Origin: Alphaproteobacteria bacterium
GTDB lineage: Bacteria; Pseudomonadota; Alphaproteobacteria; UBA6615
Reading direction: 5' to 3'
Assembly: GCA_965261975.1 (NCBI GenBank)
Contig: CBDHEC010000057.1
Coordinates: 32,001 to 96,000, forward strand
DNA: 64,000 nt
The translations under genes were made by a program, and so were the position numbers. The notes beneath the pieces are model-generated. The model worked only from the letters and a program-made list of their open reading frames with translations, ran no database searches and was not told the origin of the DNA. This document shows, in pieces, positions 34,570-43,672 of the stretch. Every line of letters starts with the position of its first letter. Within the stretch, counting starts at the first letter, position 1.

Positions 34570-34654
34570 TGGTGGAGGGGGTTGGATTCGAACCAACGTA
34601 GGCGTAGCCAACGGATTTACAGTCCGCCCCTTTTAACCGCTCAGGCACCCCTCC
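34570..34654 (-). tRNA. tRNA-Tyr (GTA)
   Basis: GGAGGGGUGCCUGAGCGGUUAAAAGGGGCGGACUGUAAAUCCG, long variable arm, GUUCGAAUCC...CCA. Confidence 0.97.
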
Positions 34655-34738
34655 TCCTGCCGTATCGTCCGCAAGCATATTGCACGCAGCCAACAGCAAA
34701 CGCGCCGAACGTCGAAGGGACGCCGGCCCGTGGGGCGC

Positions 34739-34766
34739 AATATGTAGATTTCGCTCGACGTGTCAA
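34739..34766 (-). promoter_or_regulatory. Candidate promoter of the tRNA-Tyr/Gly-tuf operon
   Basis: TTGACA-16 nt-CATATT on the - strand followed by a GC-rich discriminator. Confidence 0.55.
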
Positions 34767-34866
34767 CCGCCAATCGGCGGAAAACCTCAAAATAACAGCC
34801 ATTTGTGCACAAACGTTGCCACGCCGATATTGCGGGCAGGCGCCGAATGGCCTAAGAGCCCCGACT

Positions 34867-35670
34867 ATGGCACGAAAACACCCCAAACGGCGCATAAATC
34901 CCGGAAAATCACATCGCCGCCGCAGCGGCGGCGATCCGACCGCTCCCAACTGGCTCTACGGCACCCATGCAGTGCTTGCCGCGCTGGCCAACCCCGAGCG
35001 GGTTTGCGAGCGCGCCCTAGTGAGTGACGAGGACGACGTGGAAAGGGCGCAGGCCGCCGCAGAAATCGGCGGACATGACGCCGTGATCGATCGGGTCTCG
35101 CGTGACGATGTCTCCGCCGTGCTGCCCCAGGGTGCCGTGCATCAAGGGATCGCCCTGCTCGCGCGGCCGCTCGAAGATGTGGGCATCGAAGACGCGATGG
35201 ACCGCGCACTTCAAACCGACACGCCGTGCATCCTGGTGCTGGATCAGGTGACCGACCCGCAGAATGTCGGCGCGATATTGCGCACTGCTGCCGCCTTCGG
35301 CGCCGCGGCCGTTGTCATGCAGGACCGGCACGCGCCACCGGTTACGGGCGCACTGGCGAAAGCTGCATCCGGCGGGCTGGAAGCCGTCGCGCTCGTACGA
35401 GAGACAAATCTGGCCCGTTCGATCGAGGCCCTCAAAGCCCGGGACTTCTGGTGTATCGGACTTGCCGGCGAAGTCGAGACAACGCTCGCACAGGCGCGGG
35501 TCACGGGCCCGACGGCCCTGGTCCTCGGGGCGGAAGGCACGGGCCTGCGCCGCCTCGTCGCGGAAAGCTGCGATACGCTGGCCCATATCCCCCAGAGCGC
35601 CGCGGTCGAGAGCCTGAACGTCTCCAATGCCGCCGCCGTCGCGCTTTACGAGCTCACCCGTCGCGGATGA
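34867..35670 (+). CDS. rlmB: 23S rRNA (guanosine-2'-O)-methyltransferase RlmB, SPOUT/TrmH family
   Basis: LYGTHAV, LDQVTDPQNVGAILRTA, LGAEGTGLR, ESLNVSNAAA; start trimmed to MARKHPK. Confidence 0.9.
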   Translation: MARKHPKRRINPGKSHRRRSGGDPTAPNWLYGTHAVLAALANPERVCERALVSDEDDVERAQAAAEIGGHDAVIDRVSRDDVSAVLPQGAVHQGIALLARPLEDVGIEDAMDRALQTDTPCILVLDQVTDPQNVGAILRTAAAFGAAAVVMQDRHAPPVTGALAKAASGGLEAVALVRETNLARSIEALKARDFWCIGLAGEVETTLAQARVTGPTALVLGAEGTGLRRLVAESCDTLAHIPQSAAVESLNVSNAAAVALYELTRRG

Positions 35671-36475
35671 GTCGCCGCCGAAGATCGAAGACGTAGACGA
35701 GCAGGAACAGCCCCACCACCTCTTCGAACAGATCATCATAGGTGTGGGCATAGACCAGGAAGATGATGAAATAGACGGCGGCCGGCGGCGGCATCAGCCG
35801 GTCGAGCCCGATCACGCGGAGCCATTCGATCCAGCGTGCCCGCCCCAGCAGCACCGTGGCAATGATCAGCGCGAGCGCCAGCCGGATCAACTGATTGAAA
35901 CCGACAAACATGTTGTGAAGATTGACTTCCTGCTGGGCATTTATCTCTTCGATTTCCTCAGGCGTTTCGAACCCGATTATCCGCTGGCCCCAACTGATTT
36001 CCTCCATCAACAACAGGAAACAAAGGAGCGCCAGGAAGCCCACGGCGAATCCGAGCCGACGATCGAGGCGCCATGATCGACCGAGGCTCGACAGCAACAA
36101 CGCCGCGCAGATCAGCAGAATGATCGCCGTCGCGGATTCGAACAGGCCATCCTCGGCATAGACGAACGCGGCAAAATCGAACCAGCCATGCTCGAAGCCG
36201 GTGTAGGAAATGCAAAGGCACAACCAGGCAACACCCAGCCAAAGCGGTCGCGCGGGCGGCCAGTCCGAAGCCAGCGGTCGGGCACGGGACAGCCACAACA
36301 GAACAACCAGGGCCCAGATCGTGAAAGCGAAAAGCGAGATCCGGACGTTGGTCACGTTGACCTCCGCGCTGACGGGATCCAGCAATACATACAAGACACG
36401 CGGCGCGAACATGACCGTCACCGCGTACAGCAGGAGGGCGCCAGCACATGTCAGATAAATCGTCTTCAGGTTCAC
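35654..36475 (-). CDS. Uncharacterised polytopic membrane protein (EDG...E / EEISWGQR / NLHN motifs)
   Basis: About 7-8 hydrophobic segments with polar conserved-looking motifs EDGLFE, MEEISWGQRI and QQEVNLHN. Confidence 0.75.
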   Translation of the reverse strand: MNLKTIYLTCAGALLLYAVTVMFAPRVLYVLLDPVSAEVNVTNVRISLFAFTIWALVVLLWLSRARPLASDWPPARPLWLGVAWLCLCISYTGFEHGWFDFAAFVYAEDGLFESATAIILLICAALLLSSLGRSWRLDRRLGFAVGFLALLCFLLLMEEISWGQRIIGFETPEEIEEINAQQEVNLHNMFVGFNQLIRLALALIIATVLLGRARWIEWLRVIGLDRLMPPPAAVYFIIFLVYAHTYDDLFEEVVGLFLLVYVFDLRRRLIRDG

Positions 36476-36511
36476 GTCTGTCCATCCAACTGAGGCTGAT
36501 AGTCCGTCAAT

Positions 36512-39175
36512 CTAGGTCTTTGCCCGCCATGCGAGAAGCGCGGGCAGGACAAGTAATGTCGCAACCAGAAGGAATCCGATCGCGATGGCGAGCAGTAACC
36601 CCATGCTCGCCATACCCTGATGTTCCGCGAATGCCAATGCGACAAAGGAGAACAGTGTCGTGAGAACGCTCACCACAACGGCGCGCGGTGTGGTCGAACG
36701 ATAGACATCCGCGACAGATCCCGACTCCCGGTAGCGGCCGACGATATGAAGTCCGTTATCCACGCCCATGCCGAGCAGCAGCGGCAACACGATCACGTTC
36801 GCGACGTTGAGTGGCATCGAGAAGACCACCATTGTTGCCGCTGTCAGGCTTGCCGCGAGCAACAGCGGAACCATAACCAGCGCCGCATCCGAAAGGGACC
36901 GGAGCGTCACGAGAAGAATCAGGAAGATTGCTATCGCCGAGGTCATGAAGGCTTGGCGAAAAGCACCCACCACCACCTCGCCGACACCGGCTTCCAGAGC
37001 AGGTCGGCCGGTCGCGGCGGGAAACTTCGCATGTACCGCCCGCACGAATGCGCCAAGCGCCTCGAAGTCGCGCAGATCATCACGCGGCAACACCACCACA
37101 CGCAGCACACCCCCCTCTCCCGTCTCGCGCGCGAGCAACTCCGGCGGGAGCGTTTCGACGGAGATCGCCTCCGCGGCCAGGGCCTTGCGGAGCAACTACA
37201 TGGTCTCGGTGAAATCCGTCGCGATGAGACGTTCCAGGCGCGCGAGCCCGCGATCGGACGTCGGCTGCGCGGCCAACTGACCGATCGCCGACGCCATCTG
37301 CGCAACCGCAGGGCTCCCCTGCATCATGGCCAGGCGTTCGGCCGCAGCCATTCTCGCCGAAGCATCCGGTGGCGCTGCCGTTCCGGGCGCGAGGACTGAA
37401 GGCCCGAGCAAAATTCGCGCTTCATCGATGATCGCGAGGCGGAGCTCCTGGTCCGGCGGAATCAGATCACGCAAGGTTTGCACCGACCCGACCTCCGGCA
37501 TCGCGCGCAACTCGGCAGCGGCACGGTCGGCCGCGGCGAGGTCGGAGACTGAAATGTTCAACGTGTACGGGGTGATCGTTCCGTCAGCGTGCAGCGAGAC
37601 CAGCGTACGCACCGCCTCGCTGTCCCTGCTTTGCAGGTTGAGGCTGTTGAAATCGAAGCGCAGCTGCGTCGCGACGATGGCGGAAACAACCAGGAGAAAA
37701 AGTGCGACGATCGAGATCGAACGCGCGCGCTTCGCCGAAAGTGCCTGCTCGCCGAACGTCACGCCCGAAAGCGCACGGCCGAGGATGCCCTGGCGCCTGT
37801 CGCGTGGCGAGATCGAGAGCAGTTCGAGCAGCGGCGGCAACACCGTGAAGCTCACCAGGACGGCGATAAGCATGCCCGCGGCCGCGATCAGGCCAAGCTC
37901 TGCCAGTCCGCGAAACGCCGTGGGCCAGAAGGATATGAACGCCACCGCCGTCGTCAGCCCGCACAGGGATATCGTCGGCCCCACACCACGCACGACCCCA
38001 TTCCAGGCGCCCGAGGCACCGGCCCCGGTGATGCTGCGTTCGAACTCACCCGCGCGGCGCAGGATCAGATGAATGGCGAAATCGATCCCGAGGCCGACAA
38101 ACAAGACCGCGAATGTGAGTGAGAGCACGTTCAACGATCCCACCGCCGCGGCGGCGAAGGCCGCCGTCAAGGCAAGGCCCACCGCCAGCGTCAGCAATGC
38201 TGCCAGGATCGCGCGCAACGAACCGAGGCCGAGCCACAACAGGAGGACGACGAAGGCCAGAGACAATGTGCCGGCAAACTGAATGCTGCCGATCGCGGCC
38301 GACAATTCCGACGAGGAAAGCGGACCGCGCCCGGTCATCGAAACGCGAACGCCGTTCGGGCTTTCCAGATTCTCGCGCACGACGATAGCGCGAACCGCCT
38401 CGGCCTGCCGACGCGCAACCGAGCCGTCATCACCTTCAAGCGAACCCTGGAAGATAACCAGCCGGCGAAGCGGTGCCGCATCATCCCCCAGAAGCACCTC
38501 GCCCCATGAGATCTCCTCGCCCTCGCCAGATCCAACATCCGTCGCCGTCCGGGCAACGAGGTCCGCCAGCCGATCGAGGCCATCTCCGGTGTCCATGCGA
38601 TCAAACAGGTCCGCGAGCCCGCGTAATGAGGGGTCCCGTGACATCAACGCCAGCGCGGGCTGGGCAACCGCGAGATCATCGACAAGATCACCGAGCGTAT
38701 CGCTGCCGAGAAACAACAGCGCGTGGCGGTTGAGAAACGCATCTGCGCCTGGTGCGAAGACGCGCGGAAACAAATCCGGATCGGCCAGCAGGCCGCGCAA
38801 TATTGCCGCCTCGGCGAGCCGCGCACGACGGGCATCCACTCCGTCGATCACGATGACATTGAGTCGCCGGTGTTGCGGAAAGGTCGCCTTATAGGTGCCG
38901 TAATCGTGAAGGAAACTCGCCTTGCCGTCGACGAGCCGGGTTACATCTCCCTCGAGACGCAGCGTTGAAATCGCCCATCCACCGGCAAGCGACGCCAGCA
39001 CGGCGGCGAGAGCCAGGGTCGCGGCCGGTCGCCGGGTGACGACGGCAACCCAGGCGACCAGGAAGTCAGCAACGAAGGTTGATCGGTATTTGCGCAAGAA
39101 CACCACCTGGCCGGGTCCGAAAACACCCAAAGGTTTAAACCTTCGAGGCCTCGATTTCGAAATTAAATTCAACAC
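36512..39175 (-). pseudogene. hpnN: HpnN-like hopanoid-associated MMPL/RND transporter interrupted by an in-frame TAG at 37196-37198
   Basis: ORFs 37196..39175 and 36512..37195 are contiguous in the same frame. MMPL motifs LFVGLGIDFAIH and LLLGMGVDNGLH, plus FDFNSLNLQ; divergent from hpnM. Start codon uncertain. Confidence 0.75.
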
Positions 39176-39235
39176 CTTGCTGCAGCATCGATCAAAGCCT
39201 AGGTTCCAGCCCTCATTTCACGAGCAGATGTTTCG

Positions 39236-39901
39236 ATGACACGTTTCCCATTCTTCCACGCCACCGTCCTGCCGGCGCGCATGTTGACCTTGATCGGCGC
39301 AACCCTGCTCGCCTTGTCCCTGGTCTACACAAGCCAACCCGCATCCGGACAGAGCGCTGAAACCGACGCGGTGGAAACACTTCAGGACGGATTGCTCGCA
39401 ATAATGGCCAACCCGCCGGCAGGCGGCAGTACGGGACGCAGCGCTGCGCTCAGCAAGCTGGTCGCCGACACATTCGATATCGACGCCATGGGTGAAGTCG
39501 CCGTCGGCGTGCGCACCTTCAGAAGCTGGAACAAGTTTCAGCGCGATTCTTTCATCGATGCCTTTGCCCGCTTCATGGTCGCGACCCATGCAAGCCGCTT
39601 TGTCGGTACGACCGGGCAAAGCTTCGAAATCGAAGGCAGCGAAGAAGCCCCGTCGGGACGGATGATCGTCCACTCACGCTATATACAAAGCAAAAACCCG
39701 GCGGTCCCGATCGACTATCTCGTCCAGCCCACCGACGACGGCTGGCGCATCCTCGATGTCTATCTGGACGAAACCATAAGCCTGCTGGCGCTGCACCGTT
39801 CGGAGTTCTCTTCGGTTTTGCGCGACCGCGGATTCGACGGCTTCATCGCGGCCATGCATGCGAAGGTCGACGAATTGGCGGCACGGCCGGACGGCAGCTG
39901 A
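39236..39901 (+). CDS. hpnM: HpnM-like (MlaC/Ttg2D family) periplasmic lipid-binding protein
   Basis: Signal peptide; DTFDIDAM, W...QR..F, IDYL, GWRILDVYLDETISLLALHRSEFSSVL; adjacent to the hpnN-like gene. Confidence 0.78.
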   Translation: MTRFPFFHATVLPARMLTLIGATLLALSLVYTSQPASGQSAETDAVETLQDGLLAIMANPPAGGSTGRSAALSKLVADTFDIDAMGEVAVGVRTFRSWNKFQRDSFIDAFARFMVATHASRFVGTTGQSFEIEGSEEAPSGRMIVHSRYIQSKNPAVPIDYLVQPTDDGWRILDVYLDETISLLALHRSEFSSVLRDRGFDGFIAAMHAKVDELAARPDGS

Positions 39902-39913
39902 TCGGCGCCCCGG

Positions 39914-40960
39914 TCAGTCGAGCAACCCACGCAACAAGTCAGCATTTTCCGGCGCCGCCTCGAGGTCGCCGCGCTCGACCCGGCCGGCGATGTCAACCAG
40001 CGCTAGGTTGATCGGAACCGCGCCGCCGAGCCGCTCGCCTTCGCGCACGACCAGCCCGTTGATGTCGTCGACCTCCGCCCGTCGTCCCTTGTCCCAGTCC
40101 TGAAGTACCGTGACGCGGGTGTCCGGCAGCGTCCAGTCCGACAAGACCGCATCGAGCAGCACCGTCGCGTACCCATCCGGGTCATTCGCCTCGACCTGCT
40201 CTTTCCCAAAGATCGGCACAAGATCATGGCCGAGCGCCATCGCCGTGCGCACCGCCTCGCGTCCCGAGGCCATCATCACCTCGCGCATGCCCGGCACCTT
40301 GATCGCCTCTGCAAGCGGCAGACCGAGGATCGAGGACGGCAGAAATTCGGCCGCGTTGACCACCAGCTTCATCCATTTTGCCGAACGAATATCGTCCTTG
40401 ATTTCGGCTGCACCGGCATGGCGCAGGACGTCGACGACTTCCTGTTCGCGCCCGCGCGTTGCATCGTCAAAGGCCCCGACCCCAAACCAGGTGCCGTCGG
40501 GCCCGGTCTGGCGAGTCACGACTCCTGGCTCATACAAGCCCGCCGCGACCTCGATCACCGCACCCATGGTGCGTTCGATCCCGACGATCGACGCGACGAC
40601 ATCGACGGTCATGCCGTTTTGCAACCCGACGACCAACCCGTCCGGCGCGACCAGAGGCTTGATCAGCTCACACGCCCAGCGGGTGTCGTAGGCTTTCACG
40701 CCCAGGAATACGATATCGAAGGGCTCGCGCATGGTCGCGACGTCGCAGACGTGGAAGGCACTGACCGGGGTGACCACCGTCTCGTCGGGCATCTCCACTC
40801 GCAGACCCTCGGCGCGCATGGCCTCCACATGGGCGGGCCACTGATCGACAAGGGTGACATCGAGGCCGGCGTTGACCATGTCGGCCCCGAACGCGGCGCC
40901 GTTCGCCCCCGCCCCCACTATCGCGATCCGCTTGTCGGTCATTCGCCCCGCCTCTGTCAC
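39914..40960 (-). CDS. Ketopantoate-reductase-like (PanE/ApbA family) oxidoreductase, paralog 1
   Basis: IVGAGANG Rossmann motif, GVKAYDT, LQNGM, KWMKLVVN, LQD..KGRRAEVD.ING. Confidence 0.85.
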   Translation of the reverse strand: MTEAGRMTDKRIAIVGAGANGAAFGADMVNAGLDVTLVDQWPAHVEAMRAEGLRVEMPDETVVTPVSAFHVCDVATMREPFDIVFLGVKAYDTRWACELIKPLVAPDGLVVGLQNGMTVDVVASIVGIERTMGAVIEVAAGLYEPGVVTRQTGPDGTWFGVGAFDDATRGREQEVVDVLRHAGAAEIKDDIRSAKWMKLVVNAAEFLPSSILGLPLAEAIKVPGMREVMMASGREAVRTAMALGHDLVPIFGKEQVEANDPDGYATVLLDAVLSDWTLPDTRVTVLQDWDKGRRAEVDDINGLVVREGERLGGAVPINLALVDIAGRVERGDLEAAPENADLLRGLLD

Positions 40961-41106
40961 CCTCGTTGATCCGCCCGACGAATGTCGCCAGAACCGCCCG
41001 CGATGGCAAGCAGCCCGGCCAAATATCCACGCAGGGGCGTTTCATCAACGAACAGACTTGCGGGGCGCGTGGTGGCGCGCCTATTGTCCCGCCGTTCATG
41101 ACAGGG

Positions 41107-41182
41107 GCCGGCTTAGCTCAGTTGGTAGAGCGGCTGATTTGTAATCAGTAGGTCGCGGGTTCGATTCCTGCAGCCGGCACCA
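41107..41182 (+). tRNA. tRNA-Thr (TGT)
   Basis: GCCGGCUUAGCUCAGUUGGUAGAGCGGCUGAUUUGUAAUCAGUAGGUCGCGGGUUCGAUUCCUGCAGCCGGCACCA. Confidence 0.97.
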
Positions 41183-41321
41183 TTCTTTCGATGAACTAGC
41201 TCACCTGCATCCGAACGCGCGTCTATTCCTGGACGCGCATCCGAAGGATGAGGCAGAGCTTTGTTGTTCTCCCATCACATCGCCTCAAACCAGTGGAAGG
41301 CCGGACCGTCAATATCCACGG

Positions 41322-41501
41322 CGCGGGGCCGTTTCCGTTCTCGGTTCCGAAGACACACCGGAACAGTTGATCGAGGATCTTGAGAGTCACGGTACCGATC
41401 GCGCCGAAATCAACCTCCTCGCCGGCGAGGAAAGGGTCGTTGAAAACGCATTGGTGACTGATGTCGATCAACTCGAAATCGCGGTTTCTCTGTATGTTTG
41501 A
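41322..41501 (+). pseudogene. Gene fragment resembling the N-terminus of the protein at 63084-63644
   Basis: Hand translation RGAVSVLGSEDTPEQLIEDLESHGTDRAEINLLAGEERVVEN...*; no nearby start codon and an early stop. Confidence 0.4.
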
Positions 41502-41629
41502 CTGGAACATTGCGCGCACGCGCGATCACAATGCCGGACCAGCCTATCGGGACAGCAACAATGGCCGGATTTAGCACTTACCCGGCAATGGCTGCGCGAA
41601 ATGTCCAGAAGCATTCAGGAGGACTACAG

Positions 41630-42463
41630 ATGATCGGTGTCCGGAGTCTCGGTTTGGCTGTCGTCACAACGGCACTGCTGGTCGGCAGCTTCGTCGGCGC
41701 GCCCGTCATGGATCCGTCCGCGCAGGCCCAGAGCCGCCAGCCAGCGCCCGCACCCGGTGCGCGCTCCCCCCTCAGTCCACCCGAGACCAACAGGGAACAG
41801 GCCGAAGCCTTCAAACGCGGATACGAAGCCTACTACCGCCGCGAATACGAACTGGCGGCGGCGATCTGGACCCGGCTAGCTGATCAGGGCCACATCAAAT
41901 CGATGAACAACATCGGCACCATGTATGCCCAGGGCAAAGGCGTGAGCCGAAACTATTCTCTCGCCGTGTTCTACTACCGGCGCGCGGCCACCCAGAACGA
42001 TGCGCGCGCGGCCTATAATCTCGCCATTGCCTACGAACGGGGGCGCGGCGTAGAGCAGAGCGACGCCGAAGCCGTTGAATGGTACCGCATGACAGCTGAC
42101 CGCGGTCTGGTCGAGGCGATGAATGCGATGTCGTGGATTTTGGCCACGTCATCCGACTTCACCGTCCGCGATGGCGCCCAAGCCGCCCGATGGGCCGAGG
42201 CCGCGCTGCGACGCAAGACATCGTCGAAAAACCTGGCCACCCTGGCTGCCGCACAAGCGGAACTCGGCGAATACAACAAGGCGGTGGCGACAATCGATCA
42301 GGCGATTGCCCATATGCGGCGCGAGGAGAGCCGCGCCGGTCTGCTCACGGCCACGGAACACGAACTGTTCGGCCTGCTCCGCGAATCCGGACGCACAGAT
42401 GAACTGTTTGACCTGCTCGAACGCCGGGAGTTCTATGCCAACGGCCAGCCGACAAGGGACTAA
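41630..42463 (+). CDS. Exported Sel1/TPR repeat protein
   Basis: GGAGGA RBS, signal peptide, SLR repeats (ADQGHIKSMNNIGTMYAQGKGV; AAYNLAIAYERGRGV), and a WILATS...RDG motif. Confidence 0.85.
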   Translation: MIGVRSLGLAVVTTALLVGSFVGAPVMDPSAQAQSRQPAPAPGARSPLSPPETNREQAEAFKRGYEAYYRREYELAAAIWTRLADQGHIKSMNNIGTMYAQGKGVSRNYSLAVFYYRRAATQNDARAAYNLAIAYERGRGVEQSDAEAVEWYRMTADRGLVEAMNAMSWILATSSDFTVRDGAQAARWAEAALRRKTSSKNLATLAAAQAELGEYNKAVATIDQAIAHMRREESRAGLLTATEHELFGLLRESGRTDELFDLLERREFYANGQPTRD

Positions 42464-42495
42464 CGAATGGCGGCCAAGAGCCGCCTGACGTTACT

Positions 42496-42540
42496 TTTGG
42501 AATCAGCGGGTCAGAGGTTCGAGTCCTCCAACCGGCACCA
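42496..42540 (+). repeat. Degenerate 3' half of tRNA-Thr (att-like direct repeat of 41138-41182)
   Basis: 36/45 ungapped identity by hand alignment, from the anticodon loop to CCA; no 5' half present. Confidence 0.8.
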
Positions 42541-42609
42541 ATTTCGACATCGGTACCACGCGTGGCGTATGCTCCCGGCGACGTACATGATCGGAAAACC
42601 GGGGCCAGC

Positions 42610-43662
42610 ATGAACATTCAAGACAAGCGAATCGCAGTCCTGTCCACGGGCGCCAACGGAAGCTGCATCGGCGCGGACCTGACGGCGGCCGGGCTCGACG
42701 TGACGATGATCGACCACTGGCCCGCCCATGTGGAGGCCATGCGCGAGAACGGCATTACAATCGAGACCCGCGACGGCACGACCACGACGCCGGTCAACGC
42801 CATGCACCTCTGCGACATCGCCACGCTGACGGCGCCGTTCGACATCGTGCTGCTAACATCGAAGGCCTATGATTCCCGCTGGCTGACCGAGTTGATCCGC
42901 CCGCACCTGGCCGAAGACGGCCTGCTCGTGGCCGTGCAGAACTGCATGACGGCGGAGATGATCGCCGAGATGGTCGGGCCGGAGCGCACCGTCGGCTGCG
43001 TGGTCGAGCTGTCGTCGCAACTGTTTGAACCGGCCGAGATCAAGCGCAACACGGAGACCGCACGCACCTGGTTTGGCGTCGGCGCCTTCGATCCGCTTCA
43101 TGAAGACCGCGTCGCGGAAGTGGCGGAGGTGCTCAGGCACGCCGGGCGGGTGGACGTCAGCGAGGATGTCATCTCCGCCAAGTGGATGAAGCTGATCACC
43201 AACACCATGTCGATGGGCATCAAGGCGATCTGCAACGCGACGAACGGCCAGCTGTTTCAGGAGAACGGTCCCGAGTACGCCGCCATCGCACGCGCGGTCT
43301 GCCTCAAGTCGGGCGAGGAGGCGCTCGCGGCCGGCCAGTTTCTCGGCTACCGGCCGGTCCCCGTTTACGGCCTCAAGCCCGAAGACGTCGGGAACACCAA
43401 CAACCTGCTCGAGACGCTGCTCGACAAGATCGTCGCCGACGTCGGCCCGACCGCGATCAACACTGTCCTGCAGGACCACATGAAGGGCCGCTACAGCGAG
43501 GTCGACATGATCAACGGCATGGTGGCCGACGAGTGCCGCGCCAATGGCCGACCGTCGCCCATGAACGACGCCATCGTCGCGATCACCAAGCGCATCCATG
43601 CCGGCGAGCTCTCATCCGACATCGACAATCTCGAGCTGTTGCGCCAGGAAATGTCCGCCTGA
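42610..43662 (+). CDS. Ketopantoate-reductase-like oxidoreductase, paralog 2
   Basis: VLSTGANG, SKAYDS, VQNCM, KWMKLITN, LQDHMKGRYSEVDMING. Confidence 0.83.
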   Translation: MNIQDKRIAVLSTGANGSCIGADLTAAGLDVTMIDHWPAHVEAMRENGITIETRDGTTTTPVNAMHLCDIATLTAPFDIVLLTSKAYDSRWLTELIRPHLAEDGLLVAVQNCMTAEMIAEMVGPERTVGCVVELSSQLFEPAEIKRNTETARTWFGVGAFDPLHEDRVAEVAEVLRHAGRVDVSEDVISAKWMKLITNTMSMGIKAICNATNGQLFQENGPEYAAIARAVCLKSGEEALAAGQFLGYRPVPVYGLKPEDVGNTNNLLETLLDKIVADVGPTAINTVLQDHMKGRYSEVDMINGMVADECRANGRPSPMNDAIVAITKRIHAGELSSDIDNLELLRQEMSA

Positions 43663-43672
43663 CGCGCCGCAT

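Noticed and set aside
37196-37198. Pyrrolysine or genome-wide TAG recoding as the explanation for the hpnN stop
   Set aside because: TAG terminates many core genes here at their expected ends, and no pyl genes are in the window.
41223-41519. 98-aa - strand ORF after tRNA-Thr
   Set aside because: No motif or clear RBS; the opposite strand gives a more protein-like, family-resembling fragment.
42469-42540. A second complete tRNA (Pro-TGG-like anticodon)
   Set aside because: No D-arm or 5' acceptor strand; upstream is just a GGCGGC/GCCGCC hairpin after the Sel1 gene.
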